Part shown: piece after piece, positions 26,401 to 37,880 of the stretch
Layout: the number at the start of each line of letters is the position of its first letter
Numbering within the stretch: position 1 is the first letter of the stretch
From: Tubulanus polymorphus
Lineage: Eukaryota > Animalia > Nemertea
Assembly: GCF_964204645.1 (NCBI RefSeq)
Contig: NC_134025.1
Span: forward strand, 8,184,001-8,248,000
DNA length: 64,000 bases
Direction: 5' to 3'
Translations under genes and position numbers: made by a program
The notes under the pieces: model-generated
Databases searched by the model: none
What the model saw: the letters and a program-made list of their open reading frames with translations, nothing else
Told to the model about the DNA's origin: nothing

Positions 26401-26826
26401 ATGTATATATTAGAATTGTAATTAAGAGAAAAACGAAAAAAATGCCATTGCCATGCCAGGTCTAGAACTAACTCCGATGATGGGTTGGGATAATAATCCA
26501 AAGGTCGTATCGGAACTACGAGCATTTAAAACATATAAAGATGTATTATTAAATAAATATATTATATTATATAGAATAAAAATATATTATAATAAATATA
26601 TATTAAATATATATTTAAAATAATTGCTCGTGGATCGGACCCATGCAAACATTACCGAATAAACTCACAGCGTTTTATGCGTTTTCAAATGTGCCCGCAG
26701 CTTTACTCCCAACAACGTTTCACATCGATGTCGCATTTCATCACAATTTGATTTTACTTTATCCAAATCAACAAGAAATGCTGGAGTTTCTAATTCAGAT
26801 ATGGTAGCGGGACAGTGAATATCCAT
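23429..26826 (-). CDS. DSD1: D-serine dehydratase-like PLP enzyme (alanine racemase fold), intact copy B, 8 exons
   Basis: MDIHCPATISELETPAFLVDL..LRAHLKTHKTL / EAAILMTGG..VSTLKEAEFFADGGFDDI / LLKIDIGSKR / TELHPGNYVFY / LVDCGFMALSHDG / SQEVG..FYPYH / SSATAAMFP..WTPTRGW*; junctions read as GT-AG and in phase. Confidence 0.9.
23564..24537. mobile_element. Non-autonomous DNA transposon (hAT-like termini) in the last intron of DSD copy B
   Basis: Imperfect TIRs CAGACGTGGATCCAGG / CCTGGATCTGTGCCTG; absent from the equivalent short intron of copy A; no clear TSD. Confidence 0.55.
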
Positions 26827-27922
26827 CGTATCGCAGCAGCAGTTCCTAGTACATAAATATTATACACAATTATACCCAGCCTATTAGAATCCTGTCAAGA
26901 GCTTTTATCTTCCCTCCTATTTACTCAATTACTTGGATAACCTATATTGCTGTAAGTACACATATGCCCCTATGTATTTTCCGAGAAATAAATCAGACCC
27001 GGCAATAACCTTTAGGCCGTTTTTTATCAAAAATTGGATGACGGATTTGATGGAGTTGAAATAAAATTATGGAGGCACGAAAAGATTTTTGGAAATTGAA
27101 AAATTCTTATGGAGGTGATTACAAACGTTAACTGACACCACACTATTGTTGCAACTAACGCTATTTACTGAACAAACCCGCCAAATATATCCATTAGAGC
27201 ACCATTGTCCACCGCGATTTTTTGTGTGTGATGCAGTGTCAAAAGATGATATGGCAGTGAAAAAATTATGAATGTTTATTTTCATTTCAACATCTATGCC
27301 TGAAAATAAGGGGGGAAAAATAAAACTTTTTAATACCTAGAATCGAAAATAATATTCGGCAGCCGATCCGTGTAATCCAATACATATAAAAATAAAAATG
27401 GCTTTAGTCAGTGGCGGCATGGGCAAATGGAGCATTCTTTCTGGTTATGCTGAACATCCTTGTCCTAAAAGCGAGGTTTTTTACATGATGAAGATATGCG
27501 GGATTCCAATTACCCGCCTCCCCAAGGTTTTGACTATTTCGGAATCCTTAGAGTTCGAACAATACACGCATATAAGAGCCTCTAAAAAATCCTGTTTCGG
27601 TCTATGTAATGACTATTATTACCTGTTTTGACACAACTTTGCACAGCAACTTAAAAAAGGCCCGTATCCACAGAACTAGTTAGATGTAGCTATTTCTCCT
27701 CGTTATAAAGAACAGGTTATGGCTGCCACACGCACAATAGCCTCAAAATGCATTTCTTCCAGATTTTCCGGGGTAAAGGGCCACTCATATCTGTATTCAA
27801 GGTCCACTTTTACTGAAAATCCCGCAGACATCCTCACTGCAAAACATCCATTTTTATCATATTTTACGAAGAAGTAAATAATCTGAATAATCACTTTATT
27901 TATGTAATTTATTCAACTATTT

Positions 27923-30192
27923 TTAGGCTTTTACAGCAAATTTTCTCATTGGAAAAGCTCTCATTTTGCGCAATTGTTTTTGTGTCTTAAGCGATTTTTC
28001 GTGTGGTGAAAGCGCTTTTCTCATAGCGCGTGTCAGTTTCTTTCGGAGATCCTTTGGCTTGTATTTCTTGTTCTTGTAGTATTTACGCAGATTTTCTTTC
28101 TGAGTTTGATGGATTACGGTATATACCCGAGCAATCGACTTGCGCATGACACGGCTGTTAATAGAATAAACAGTATTAATATATCAATTGAATTTTATTG
28201 CGTGAAAGGGACATTTTAAAAAACTTAAGTGGAAACTCGTTAATACGAATCTGGGCAAAATCGTTGTAATAAACTGGTCCTGTACGATCGAAATCTTGAT
28301 TGATTTAGACATCTTAGCTTGGGCATGCTGGAAATCATTGTAATGAATGAATGCATTGAGTCCAGTCCTATATTAATGTATCATTGACAATAAAAGATTG
28401 TTTTGATAACCAGCACCGTTCCAGGCGAACTCCCGACATTCATAGATCTATGTAATTGGGAACTTAACTATAAACTCGAATTGATGTATTTCACCAATCT
28501 GAAATCTAAATTCTGGTCCAATAAGGGCCTGCCTAATGACATGTCTGGGCGATGTCTGGCGACTGGTAGATACGCACAGTCTGACAGTAGCATGACCTCA
28601 TTAAACACTGTCAGTTTTCATCGACATACTCTACATTCTATTCTGATCAGCTGGGGATGCCCCAGGTGGCTGCGCACCTTGCTCAACATGTATTTCCAAG
28701 AAATGAAGCCAACACGAAGCTTTATTCAGAGTTGTCTGTATACTGAGAGCAGACTGAGGAAACACAAGCGAGAAATAGACAAACAGATGTTTGCGAATGG
28801 ACAAAATCACTTACACAGCGGAAGCTGAATATCCACTGGCCTGATGGACTTTTAGGAATAAAGAATCTACTGACCAGCACTTAAATCAAACCCTGGGTCT
28901 CAAAAATAGAGAAAGAACTCGAAGTAATGAGATGACTGGTCCAATGATGAGGACTCATTTAAGATTTGACTTGTTAATATAATCTTTCAACTCACATCTT
29001 TGACAGTTTGGATGCAGCACCACCAGTAACCTTGGCAACCCGTAGATTTGCGAGCTCCTGAAAAAGACGTTAAAAAACAAGTTAGATTTGTCTGGTTAAT
29101 AGTGGAAGGACTTGTGACAATTGATGAATGATGCATGGGGTGCAATGACCAACCCACCACTGTCATATAGTTTTTTTTTAACATACGAGTAGACCAGGGT
29201 TGGTCAACTGGTTTCAAGAATTAATCAATTGTGTAAAGTTCCTGCGCGTGGTTAACCCATTAGCACTCAAGCGCCCGTATCCGCCCTGCCTATTACTCCT
29301 CAAGCCGCCCGGCACTTTTTTCAAATGCTGCACAAAAACGGTTATAGTGGGATTCGAATCCAATAGCTTATCATAAACTACACACCTAAGCTTGAAATAC
29401 CAAACAGAAATCAACATCCTCTTATTTCAATTTCTCGAGTACTTCGAGTTGGAACATGACACATCTGAGCGCTCACTTCCGATCCAAGTAAGTTTGGATG
29501 AATTTTTGGGGACCAAAAGGACACGATTTTGGTGGCCCACCTCATCAAATCTTTCATCTTATGAAAGCCTTGACTATTTACTGCAAAATAACACTAACTT
29601 GTAGTGCATGGAAATAAACAGCAAATGAGCTATTCGTTGTCGTGATAAACTTAGATTTTACTTTTAATAATCTGAGGAGTAATTGACACTACATAGCGCA
29701 ATTCCTGAGTGCTAATGGGTTAATAGAGGAACTCCTAAAATGTCATAGACAATAACCCGATAAATAGACATCATGCATCATCAACTTCGAACGTGCAAAG
29801 TAATGTGTAAAACAACATACCTGTTTGTGCTCATCAAGCTGCTTCAACAGCTCTTCCTTCTTTTTACCACGGAGCTCCTTTGCCTTTACTTTCGACTACA
29901 ATCAAAATTTAACTGATCGTCAATGTTATATCTGTGCGAAGGAAGGCTTCGTGAAGTTCATTTCAATCACGCCGAAGAAACATAGCAAAGAGTATTAAGA
30001 CAAGTCATATCAACATTAACATGATTATCGGCCGATTTTAAGCACGGCACGGCTCTGGACTAACAATTAAATAATTTCGATATGATAGAGGGATTTTAAC
30101 GATAATGATCAAGCAATATTAATCGGGGTAGGTCTGCCTTATTCGACGATGTAAGCCGATAAAAAAAGAAAATTTTCCGGTATTCCTACCAT
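27923..30192 (-). CDS. RPL35: 60S ribosomal protein L35 (uL29); exons 30190-30192, 29821-29895, 28996-29057, 27923-28154
   Basis: [73 protein letters not shown]. Confidence 0.98.
29256..29719. mobile_element. piggyBac-type MITE in RPL35 intron 2
   Basis: TTAA|CCCATTAGCACTCA ... TGAGTGCTAATGGG|TTAA: perfect 14-bp TIRs with TTAA target duplication. Confidence 0.9.
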
Positions 30193-30500
30193 GATGAAAT
30201 CTATCTGGGAGAAAGACCTAGTGTACAACTTCCGGGTTGTATGAGAACCGAGGAGCGGAGGTTCGTATCCCGATTTAACAGTTTTTATAAGGGCAATGAA
30301 ATCACTTTCTTGATTATTCTCAAATCCTATTATAATCAAAATTGAACTCGACGTATTCAGATTATTTTCAAAAGTTCCACTGAAACAAATTAGGGCGCTG
30401 ATCAATAATTCCGCTGCTCGATGTGAATTATCCGCCACTCGTTGTTGGGTGTATTACTTCCGGGTTCGCTTGTCAATATACCTAAATAAATTGCAAAAAA
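30193..30500. promoter_or_regulatory. Bidirectional promoter RPL35/ARPC5
   Basis: About 300 bp between divergent ATGs; TCT/5'TOP-like TCTTTCTCCC on minus near 30207-30216; ETS-type ACTTCCGG at 30228 and 30456. Confidence 0.75.
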
Positions 30501-31983
30501 ATGTCGAAAAATACTAGTAGTTCGATGTTTAGGAAGGTCGATGTTGACCAGTTCAACGAAGACAATTATCAAGACGAAGTGATTGAAGAAGTTGAAGACC
30601 AACAGGGACCAACTGAAAGCGATATTCAAAGTCTCTTGAACCAGTATCCTTTTTTACAATGCCATTGCCAAACAACACAATTCAATTAATTAATTGTTTT
30701 CATTTCATTTTCTTGATTCCGTCCATCCCGAGCCATGTGCATTGATATGTTTGGGTAAATAGAATGTTATCGCATGTAATACACTAGTCTGAATACCAGT
30801 CGTTGTTACCGGTTCCCTACAACGTTGATTGTGGAACGACGACGGCTACTAGACTAATGTCTATTTCAACCTGACTTGAGAGCATACAGGGTGGCCTAGC
30901 TCAGTCAGTTGTGGTGGTACATACCTGATTAAAGTCATATTATGACCAGAATGCATTGGCAGTCGACCTAAATCATCATTTTTTAATCCATTTGAAACTG
31001 TATTGAAGGATATCCAAAAAATCTGCATTGAGAGGTGTTCCTGAGAGAAAAGAGACTCCATGATTTGAAAGTTTAACAATATGTCTCCATGCCTACCAAC
31101 TGAAATTTGATATGTAGGCATGGAAACATATTGTTAAACTTTCAAATCATGGAGTCACTTCTCTTCATTTAACCCCTTTCAGTGAAGACTTTTTGGATAT
31201 CCTTCAATACAGTTTCAAATGGATTAAAAAATGATGATTTAGGTCGACTGCCTGTCCTTTCTGGTCCTATTAAGACCTTTATCAGGTATGTACTACCAAA
31301 AATGAGCGAGCTAGGCCACCCGGAATGCTCTCAAGTCAGGTTGAAATAGACATTAGTAATACACATGATCCAGTAGGCCATGTAACTGGTAAACTTACGT
31401 TTAAACTACATGAAACCTGAGTCTTTGCTCTCACTACTATCTACTGTGTAACTGTCCGCCTTTGGCTACATAACCTTTGAGTTTTAGTTCTTTAATTCAT
31501 TATGAAAGAAAGAAGAATACTGAAGCACTGAAGTTGTTACTGGCAAACCCACCTATAAGTAAACAACAATCTTTCAAGGTAAATATAATGATTGATTAAT
31601 GGAAGTCATTTCACCGATGGAATGATAATTTTTGCATTCTCCGTATGTCTTAGGATCAGGCTTTTATGTTAATTGTGCGGGTATTAACTAATTTCCCAAC
31701 GAGAGATATAGAAGCAGCTGTCAATTCATTGGACCCGGCTATGATAGATACACTTATGAAATATATCTATCGAGGTTTCTCCGAACCAACGGATTCTACT
31801 GCAGCAACCTTATTAGCATGGCATGAAAAAGTAAGTCAATTATTGTGCAATATCATCTTCCAGGTCCTTATCCTTTTATGCTGTGGAAGCTCCATATGAT
31901 TTTCAATTTCTGTCTTGTAGGTTTTTGCCGTTGGCCAATTGGGCTCTATAGTGCGAGTGCTTACTGATAGGAAGCAAGTATGA
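30501..31983 (+). CDS. ARPC5: Actin-related protein 2/3 complex subunit 5; exons 30501-30643, 31509-31578, 31654-31830, 31921-31983
   Basis: MSKNTSSSMFRKVDVDQFNED, DTLMKYIYRGF, LLAWHEK, LGSIVRVLTDRKQV*. Confidence 0.97.
30644..31508 (+). other. U12-type (minor spliceosome) GT-AG intron, ARPC5 intron 1
   Basis: Donor GTATCCTTT; branch-like TTCTTTAAT shortly before the AG; no polypyrimidine tract at the acceptor; frame restored. Confidence 0.85.
30853..31357. mobile_element. ~505-bp near-perfect palindromic MITE inside the U12 intron
   Basis: actaatgtctatttcaacctgacttgagagcat ... atgctctcaagtcaggttgaaatagacattagt; arms pair almost to the centre. Confidence 0.9.
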
Positions 31984-33245
31984 ATGTTTGTTGTGTCATT
32001 TGAAAAACAATTTATAATCTTTTCACTTTTCCGATGGATGCGAGTTAACTCCAGTTAACGAACAATTTAGAACATTAAAACTGCTGTAAGATGTATTGCA
32101 TCATTACACGTATTTTATCCCAGAGTTCCACGCTCAAAGAACAAAAGTAGCCAGGATCATTTACTTAGAGGTAGAAAGGTTATTATAGCTAAATAGATTT
32201 GAGCTACATAATCTTACTGCGTAATTCATCATCTCTTCTATTTAAATGTACCTTAATCATGTGGTATTGTATTAAGATTAAAAGTTATATCATTAATTGA
32301 CCACTTGAATTCAATTTAAATTTTTTATTTAGTTAAATTACTTAACTTGGATGTTAAAGATATAGTTAATTCTCTCTTAGTCGACATTGCTATAATTATT
32401 CCAAGTTCATCAAGTACTCTACGAGTAGATTTGATTTATTAGTTATATTTTGCGTGATCATGTAACCGCTTATTATATATTTATTTAATCACAATTTGAC
32501 AGTGTATAATGCAAGACTAAGATATTCAGTACAGTATGGAGAGACCGGTCGATATTTAAGCTGTGTCAAGTTATGTAAAGGACGGCATTAGATCATCTTA
32601 CATTGCATTGTATGTGCATTAATTGCCATATTATGTTAAGGAAATGTATATTTTTAATAACAATAAACAAATGCATTATGAATTTCATTTGTGAATTATT
32701 ATTCAGTAAATTATGGAAAATGATATATCTACAGTTTTACATCTATTGCAATATACCGGGTACTGTCCCTATGTGAAGTACGTGTCAACCATCCATTCAA
32801 CCATATTCAAGTTGACTGGTAGATAGATTACTATTTCTTATAAAGTCAAGTCAACTTGACAAAAATTCCTTGTGCTACTGATGAGAATTATCAAATTAAG
32901 AAGTATGATGCAATGGTTGTTAGAGTGCTAAATTATAGCAAAATACATCCGTATTTTTGATAATAGCCGTTTGTGGAAGCCAACAATGAAAACGATCCAA
33001 CAAATACATAAGAAAACATGATTTAAAAATAGAAGTACTTCCAAAATTTATTGGAAATAAAATTCATATAAAGTTTTACACACACAACAAGCACTCATTT
33101 CTGAACACAAACACTGGTGAAAAGAAAATCTGATTATCAAGAACTAATGTTTGAAGCAATGGCTAAATCAGAAATGTATATATTGCAAGAAGAAAATACA
33201 GGTCCTACAACATTGGAAACATGATAACAAACATCTATATATTAG

Positions 33246-33649
33246 AGGCGAATTTATCTCGTCAAATCAGATTTGATTTTCCTTTTCATAATTTGCTAGT
33301 CACGTGTAATCTAATCAAATAAGATTTGCACAACAGGATGAATTTGACACCTTGTTCCAAACGGCTGACAAGAAAATACTGTCCTTTTAAAATATTATTT
33401 CCTATGAATGAGTATCAGGTTTCTCTTTCAGTTATGACCATTTACATCAGTTTTTAGAAAAAAATTTGTGAGTCTACCATCTTCAAATCGTATCAAATCA
33501 CCTCCGGGGGCAATTTGATGATTTGACAAATCGATTTGAATTTGATGCCGTGTTAAATTCAAAAATTAGACCAAATCAAATTTGATTATGACAACAACAA
33601 AAACGATTTTACTTTAAATCAAATTTGATTTGACGTGATAAATTCACCT
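33246..33649. mobile_element. MITE, PIF/Harbinger-like
   Basis: TIRs AGGCGAATTTATCTCGTCAAATCAGATTTGATTT / AAATCAAATTTGATTTGACGTGATAAATTCACCT, flanked by TAG on both sides. Confidence 0.75.
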
Positions 33650-34206
33650 TAGTACATAAGTACATTAAACAAATTGTGCTAATCATCATAAGCTACATGT
33701 GTTATGTAAGGTATTGTTTACCAGTAGATTCAGATGAATGTCAGTTTTCTTGGTACACCACATCTACCGTATCAAGAGTTCATGACTAATTATGAGACAT
33801 TACATGTACAATTATTCTATACCCAGGTATTTTCTAAGTGGTTAACCCTTCTTTCATTGAATCAAATAAAATTCATGTTATAAGTGAAAATTGGATTTAA
33901 TTCTTACGATTCACCAGCACAGGCACAGAAGACAAACATACCGTTCTATGGCAGTGGTATCTAGTATCGGCATTAGAATATTAGACAAATGAATCAATGA
34001 AGAAATGACACAGACGATAATTGGTTAATTAAATACTTGTATTCCAAACATAGGGGAACCTTTCAATATTTGGTACATAATTAATAATGATATTTCAACA
34101 GTTATAAATTAACTTTTAAAATAAAATACATATTTTTCATGAAATTTACACTGACCAAACAAAATCACAATTCTATTTGCTCGCCAATTTCCTATAATCT
34201 AACTCT

Positions 34207-37200
34207 TCAATATCCCTGCAGTCCATTATATATTCTATACGCCGATTCTTGGTTCAATATATGCTTTATTGCTGCAAAAAAAGCAAATTCATAGTATGTC
34301 GTGTACGCTATTAAGGTGTAAGCAAAAATGATATCAAATCATAGAACACAAATCTGGAACAAAAAAGTACACTTACATTCTTTTTCTTCTTTACTTAGTT
34401 CACCTTTTGGAAACGCAACGTCAACAGCTATGAATAATGTTCCTTTTACATTGTTATTTTCATAATTAGGCATTCCTTCATGCTTTTTTCGAATGACGGC
34501 TCCAGGCCATGTTATTTTTTCTCGAACAACTTTCACCTGCAATAAATGATGACGCAATTAGTAAATTGAACCTCGTATTACAAGAAAACCTCTTACTGGC
34601 AGACTGGCCTGTGATTTAATAATATCACTACATACCTTTCGGTTATCTAAATGAGGAATCTCTATTTCGAACCCATTAAGAGCATCTACTAAATTTATTG
34701 TGACATTTGTGTATAAATCATCTCCTCGTCTTTCAAATTTTGAATGTCTGAAAATCATTGATTTCACTTTCGGTAAGTTTTTTGCATTCAATTTTGCTTT
34801 TTTTTTTTAATACACAATCATACTTACTTTAATTGATTAATTCTAAAACGTAAATCTCCAGGTTCACCATCAATATGAGGTTCACCTTCTGCTACAAATG
34901 GATATTCTTGACCATCCCTCATCCCTGGCTCAATTTCTATCTCCAATAGTTTTTCCTCTTGCACCATTCTATAAATCACATATGACAGATTGTACAAAAT
35001 GTTTAACAAATCAGGACGGTTGAACCAATATAGGTAACAAGCGAATTTACCTGACATTAGGACAATCGTCACAGACTTGTTGCTGCATCATCTGGAACCT
35101 TCCCGGCCCAAGTTGTGTGGTAACCATTTCTTGTCGACAGTTACATTTTCTTGTGCCGGGTGCAGGCTTCGGAACAGGTTTATAACGGCAAACCTGAAAT
35201 TTACAAAAACAATTGAATATAGAATAATCTTTAAACAGTTTATTTGTAAAGGTCATTGGCATTACTACTGACCTCGACAAAATTGCCAGAATATAATTCT
35301 TCCAAGGTGACATCCAAGTCTACAATCACATCACCACCTTTTGGCATTTCCCTATGCTGTTCTCGACTTCCACCTCCTCCAAAAAATGAAAAATCACCGA
35401 AGAAACTGAAAATTGAACATAAATAACGATTATGTTTCTTAAAATTTTGAAGGAGATTGTTAATTTAATCAAATTATACCTTGAAAAAGGATCACCACCA
35501 CCAAAATCTCCCTGTTTTAGACCTTCTTCGCCACGGGCATCATAAATACGCCTTTTTTCATCATCGGACAAAACCTTTAAAAATATCAAGGAAATCGATG
35601 ATTAATGAAAAAGGCTTTATATATTCTAGCTCATAAAACATATGAAAGCGGTGGATTTTATTGATTTATTTCAACAACTAGGTATGATAATATAAAATCA
35701 TAAATCAATGAATAATTATAATTGATTACAGACACAGATGTGAAAATCATTTCCATCTTTAAAACAAAATCATAATTGCCTTGCGCAGTTATGAAAGGTT
35801 TGTTAAAATCCCATGTCACAGTGCATTTTTCATGTAAGCCAGCTTGTTGTTCTATTGAAAAACGACAGCCAATAGGAAACTGACACAGCACACAACAGCA
35901 ATAACAATATCAGACTATAGTATACTATTACATAGCTCTGTCGGTTTGATAGGAAAATTTATTATTGCATTAGGCCTATAACCAAATAATGAAATGATTG
36001 TTTTTAAAGGAAAAAGTTACTAAAATTCAAGAACACATTGAAATCACACAACAATCTTGATTCAAAAATCCAAGACTAGGTTTCATAGATGTGGAAGTGA
36101 AATAGTCCCTGGGAACATTTCCGAAATTTGTCAGTTTAGGCCTATAACCATGGTTTCTCATTGTTTCTATGGTGGTTATTACCCAGATTTAGGAGTTACC
36201 CCTAGGGGTAACTTTGATACCAGTCTATGAAACCGGGTCCAGGGCTTTAAACTTAAGTATAACTAAAAGGTCTGGTTTCACAATTTCAGTCAGGATTATA
36301 TGAATAAATGAGAAGGCTAACAACAGTACAGAAGTTACACTGAGGTTGATATTAATCTATTCTCGTCATCTAACTCGTCATCTTTGGCCGAATTATTGTC
36401 AGATTTTATATTTTATAAGTTCTCCATTATATGCTGTTAACATTAAATGAATGTATTGAAAGACAGGATCAGATAAATATCAACATAGTCTTAATCTCAA
36501 TTATGTTACGACTACAGATAATCCCGGTCATCCTTATTACCGAGATGACGTATTTTACCGAGATCAACCGAGATGAAATGAAATATAACATATTTATTTA
36601 ATCCTTATCGATTTTAACACTTGAAATCATATTATATCAGTAATAAATGCCAGCTGGAGTCATATTTTACATATTTTGTTGGATATTTTTGTAGAAAAAT
36701 AACTTTTAACTTTACCGAGATGAGATCGTCGATCAATCAAATTCAATGAAATTTTATTGCTAACCGAGATTACGTCTTTGAAGTCAAAATTTTTTTACAA
36801 AATATCCGGAAAAATATGACTCTAGACGGTATTTATTTCTGATATAATATGATTTCAAATGTTAAAATCGATAAGGAATAAATAAATATGCTATATTTCA
36901 TGTCATCTCGGTTGATCTCGGTAAATTACGTCATCTGCTCGGTAATAAGGAGGACCCGATAATCCTACCTCATATGCTGCAGCAAGATCTTGAAATCTTT
37001 CTCCAGCTTCTTGATCTTGATTTACATCAGGATGTAATTCTTTGGCTAATTTTCGATATGCTTTTTTAATTTGGTTTTTTGTTGCACTTCGTGATACTCG
37101 CAGTATACCATAAAAGTCACGTCTGAAAAAAATAACTTGAAAATGAATTAGTTTGTTCGCAGAAAAATAAAAAAGACTTCTTTTTCGTTGTCGTCGTTGA

Positions 37201-37602
37201 GCAAGTAGTAAGTAGTGCCAAGTTTCGTTGGGTGGATGCATAAAAATATCTCCCTCCGTCAGCTGGATGAATTTACTATTAACTCCATCCTTAAAACAAT
37301 GGCATTTATTCAAAAATGTTCATTGTACTGTTTTTCATAATAAAGACCTAAAGCAAGTTTCTTTTGCGTTTAAATGGAATTTACTCAATTTGAATTGAAT
37401 TGAACGACTTGAGGTAGCAGTGCCAATTCGACGTTAATTACGACAATAAGAGCCACGAAATCAGCTGTAAACTCATACTCTCCTTACATTGTACATTTGC
37501 CTGAATTAATATTAAAAGAAAGAAAGATTACCCTGCGAGAGTAAGTCCCAAAAACAGAATTAATGTTGTCGCGAAAACAATCCAAGTGACTGCGGACGCC
37601 AT
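34207..37602 (-). CDS. DNAJB11: DnaJ homolog subfamily B member 11 (ERdj3)
   Basis: Signal peptide [13 protein letters not shown]; J domain RDFYGIL..LHPD; [31 protein letters not shown]; [13 protein letters not shown]; GEGMP-like [11 protein letters not shown]; YNGLQGY*. Confidence 0.97.
36525..36957. mobile_element. Palindromic MITE with 8-bp TSD
   Basis: GATAATCC at 36517-36524 and 36958-36965; long inverted arms cggtcatccttattaccgag.. / ..ctcggtaataaggaggaccc. Confidence 0.88.
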
Positions 37603-37880
37603 GTTGTTATTTGCTGCCACGCCATAGTAGAGTGCATCTTGGGAGATATTTTCCAAATGATATTTTATTCTAGTTGATAAAAAAGCTAAGGAAAATCATT
37701 CAATTTTTACTATTTTCTAATATGTTCTTATAATAGACTTATTATTATCATCTCGCACCTGAACTCTCGTTTTGGCGGATCCAACAATAATATCCAATAT
37801 GGCAGCCTCCATGGTTTGAAAAAAAACATTATCTTTGTGCGCATTTCCCATTTTTTCAAGTTTTAGGCAGATTCAAGGTA
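37603..37880. promoter_or_regulatory. Bidirectional promoter DNAJB11/MCRS1 including the probable first non-coding MCRS1 exon
   Basis: ZNF143/Staf-like CTCCCAAGATGCACT on minus near 37631-37645; YY1-like ATGGC motifs in both directions; donor AAG|GTAAGT at 37878. Confidence 0.6.

Noticed and set aside
26540-26625. AT-only tract as a functional element
   Set aside because: Low-complexity intronic sequence with no further structure
28403-28828. 141-aa plus-strand ORF inside RPL35
   Set aside because: Non-ATG start, antisense within an intron, no recognisable motif
29640-29790. Box C/D snoRNA in RPL35 intron 2
   Set aside because: A C-box-like TGATGA exists on the gene strand but no D box (CTGA) lies at a suitable distance; the region overlaps the MITE
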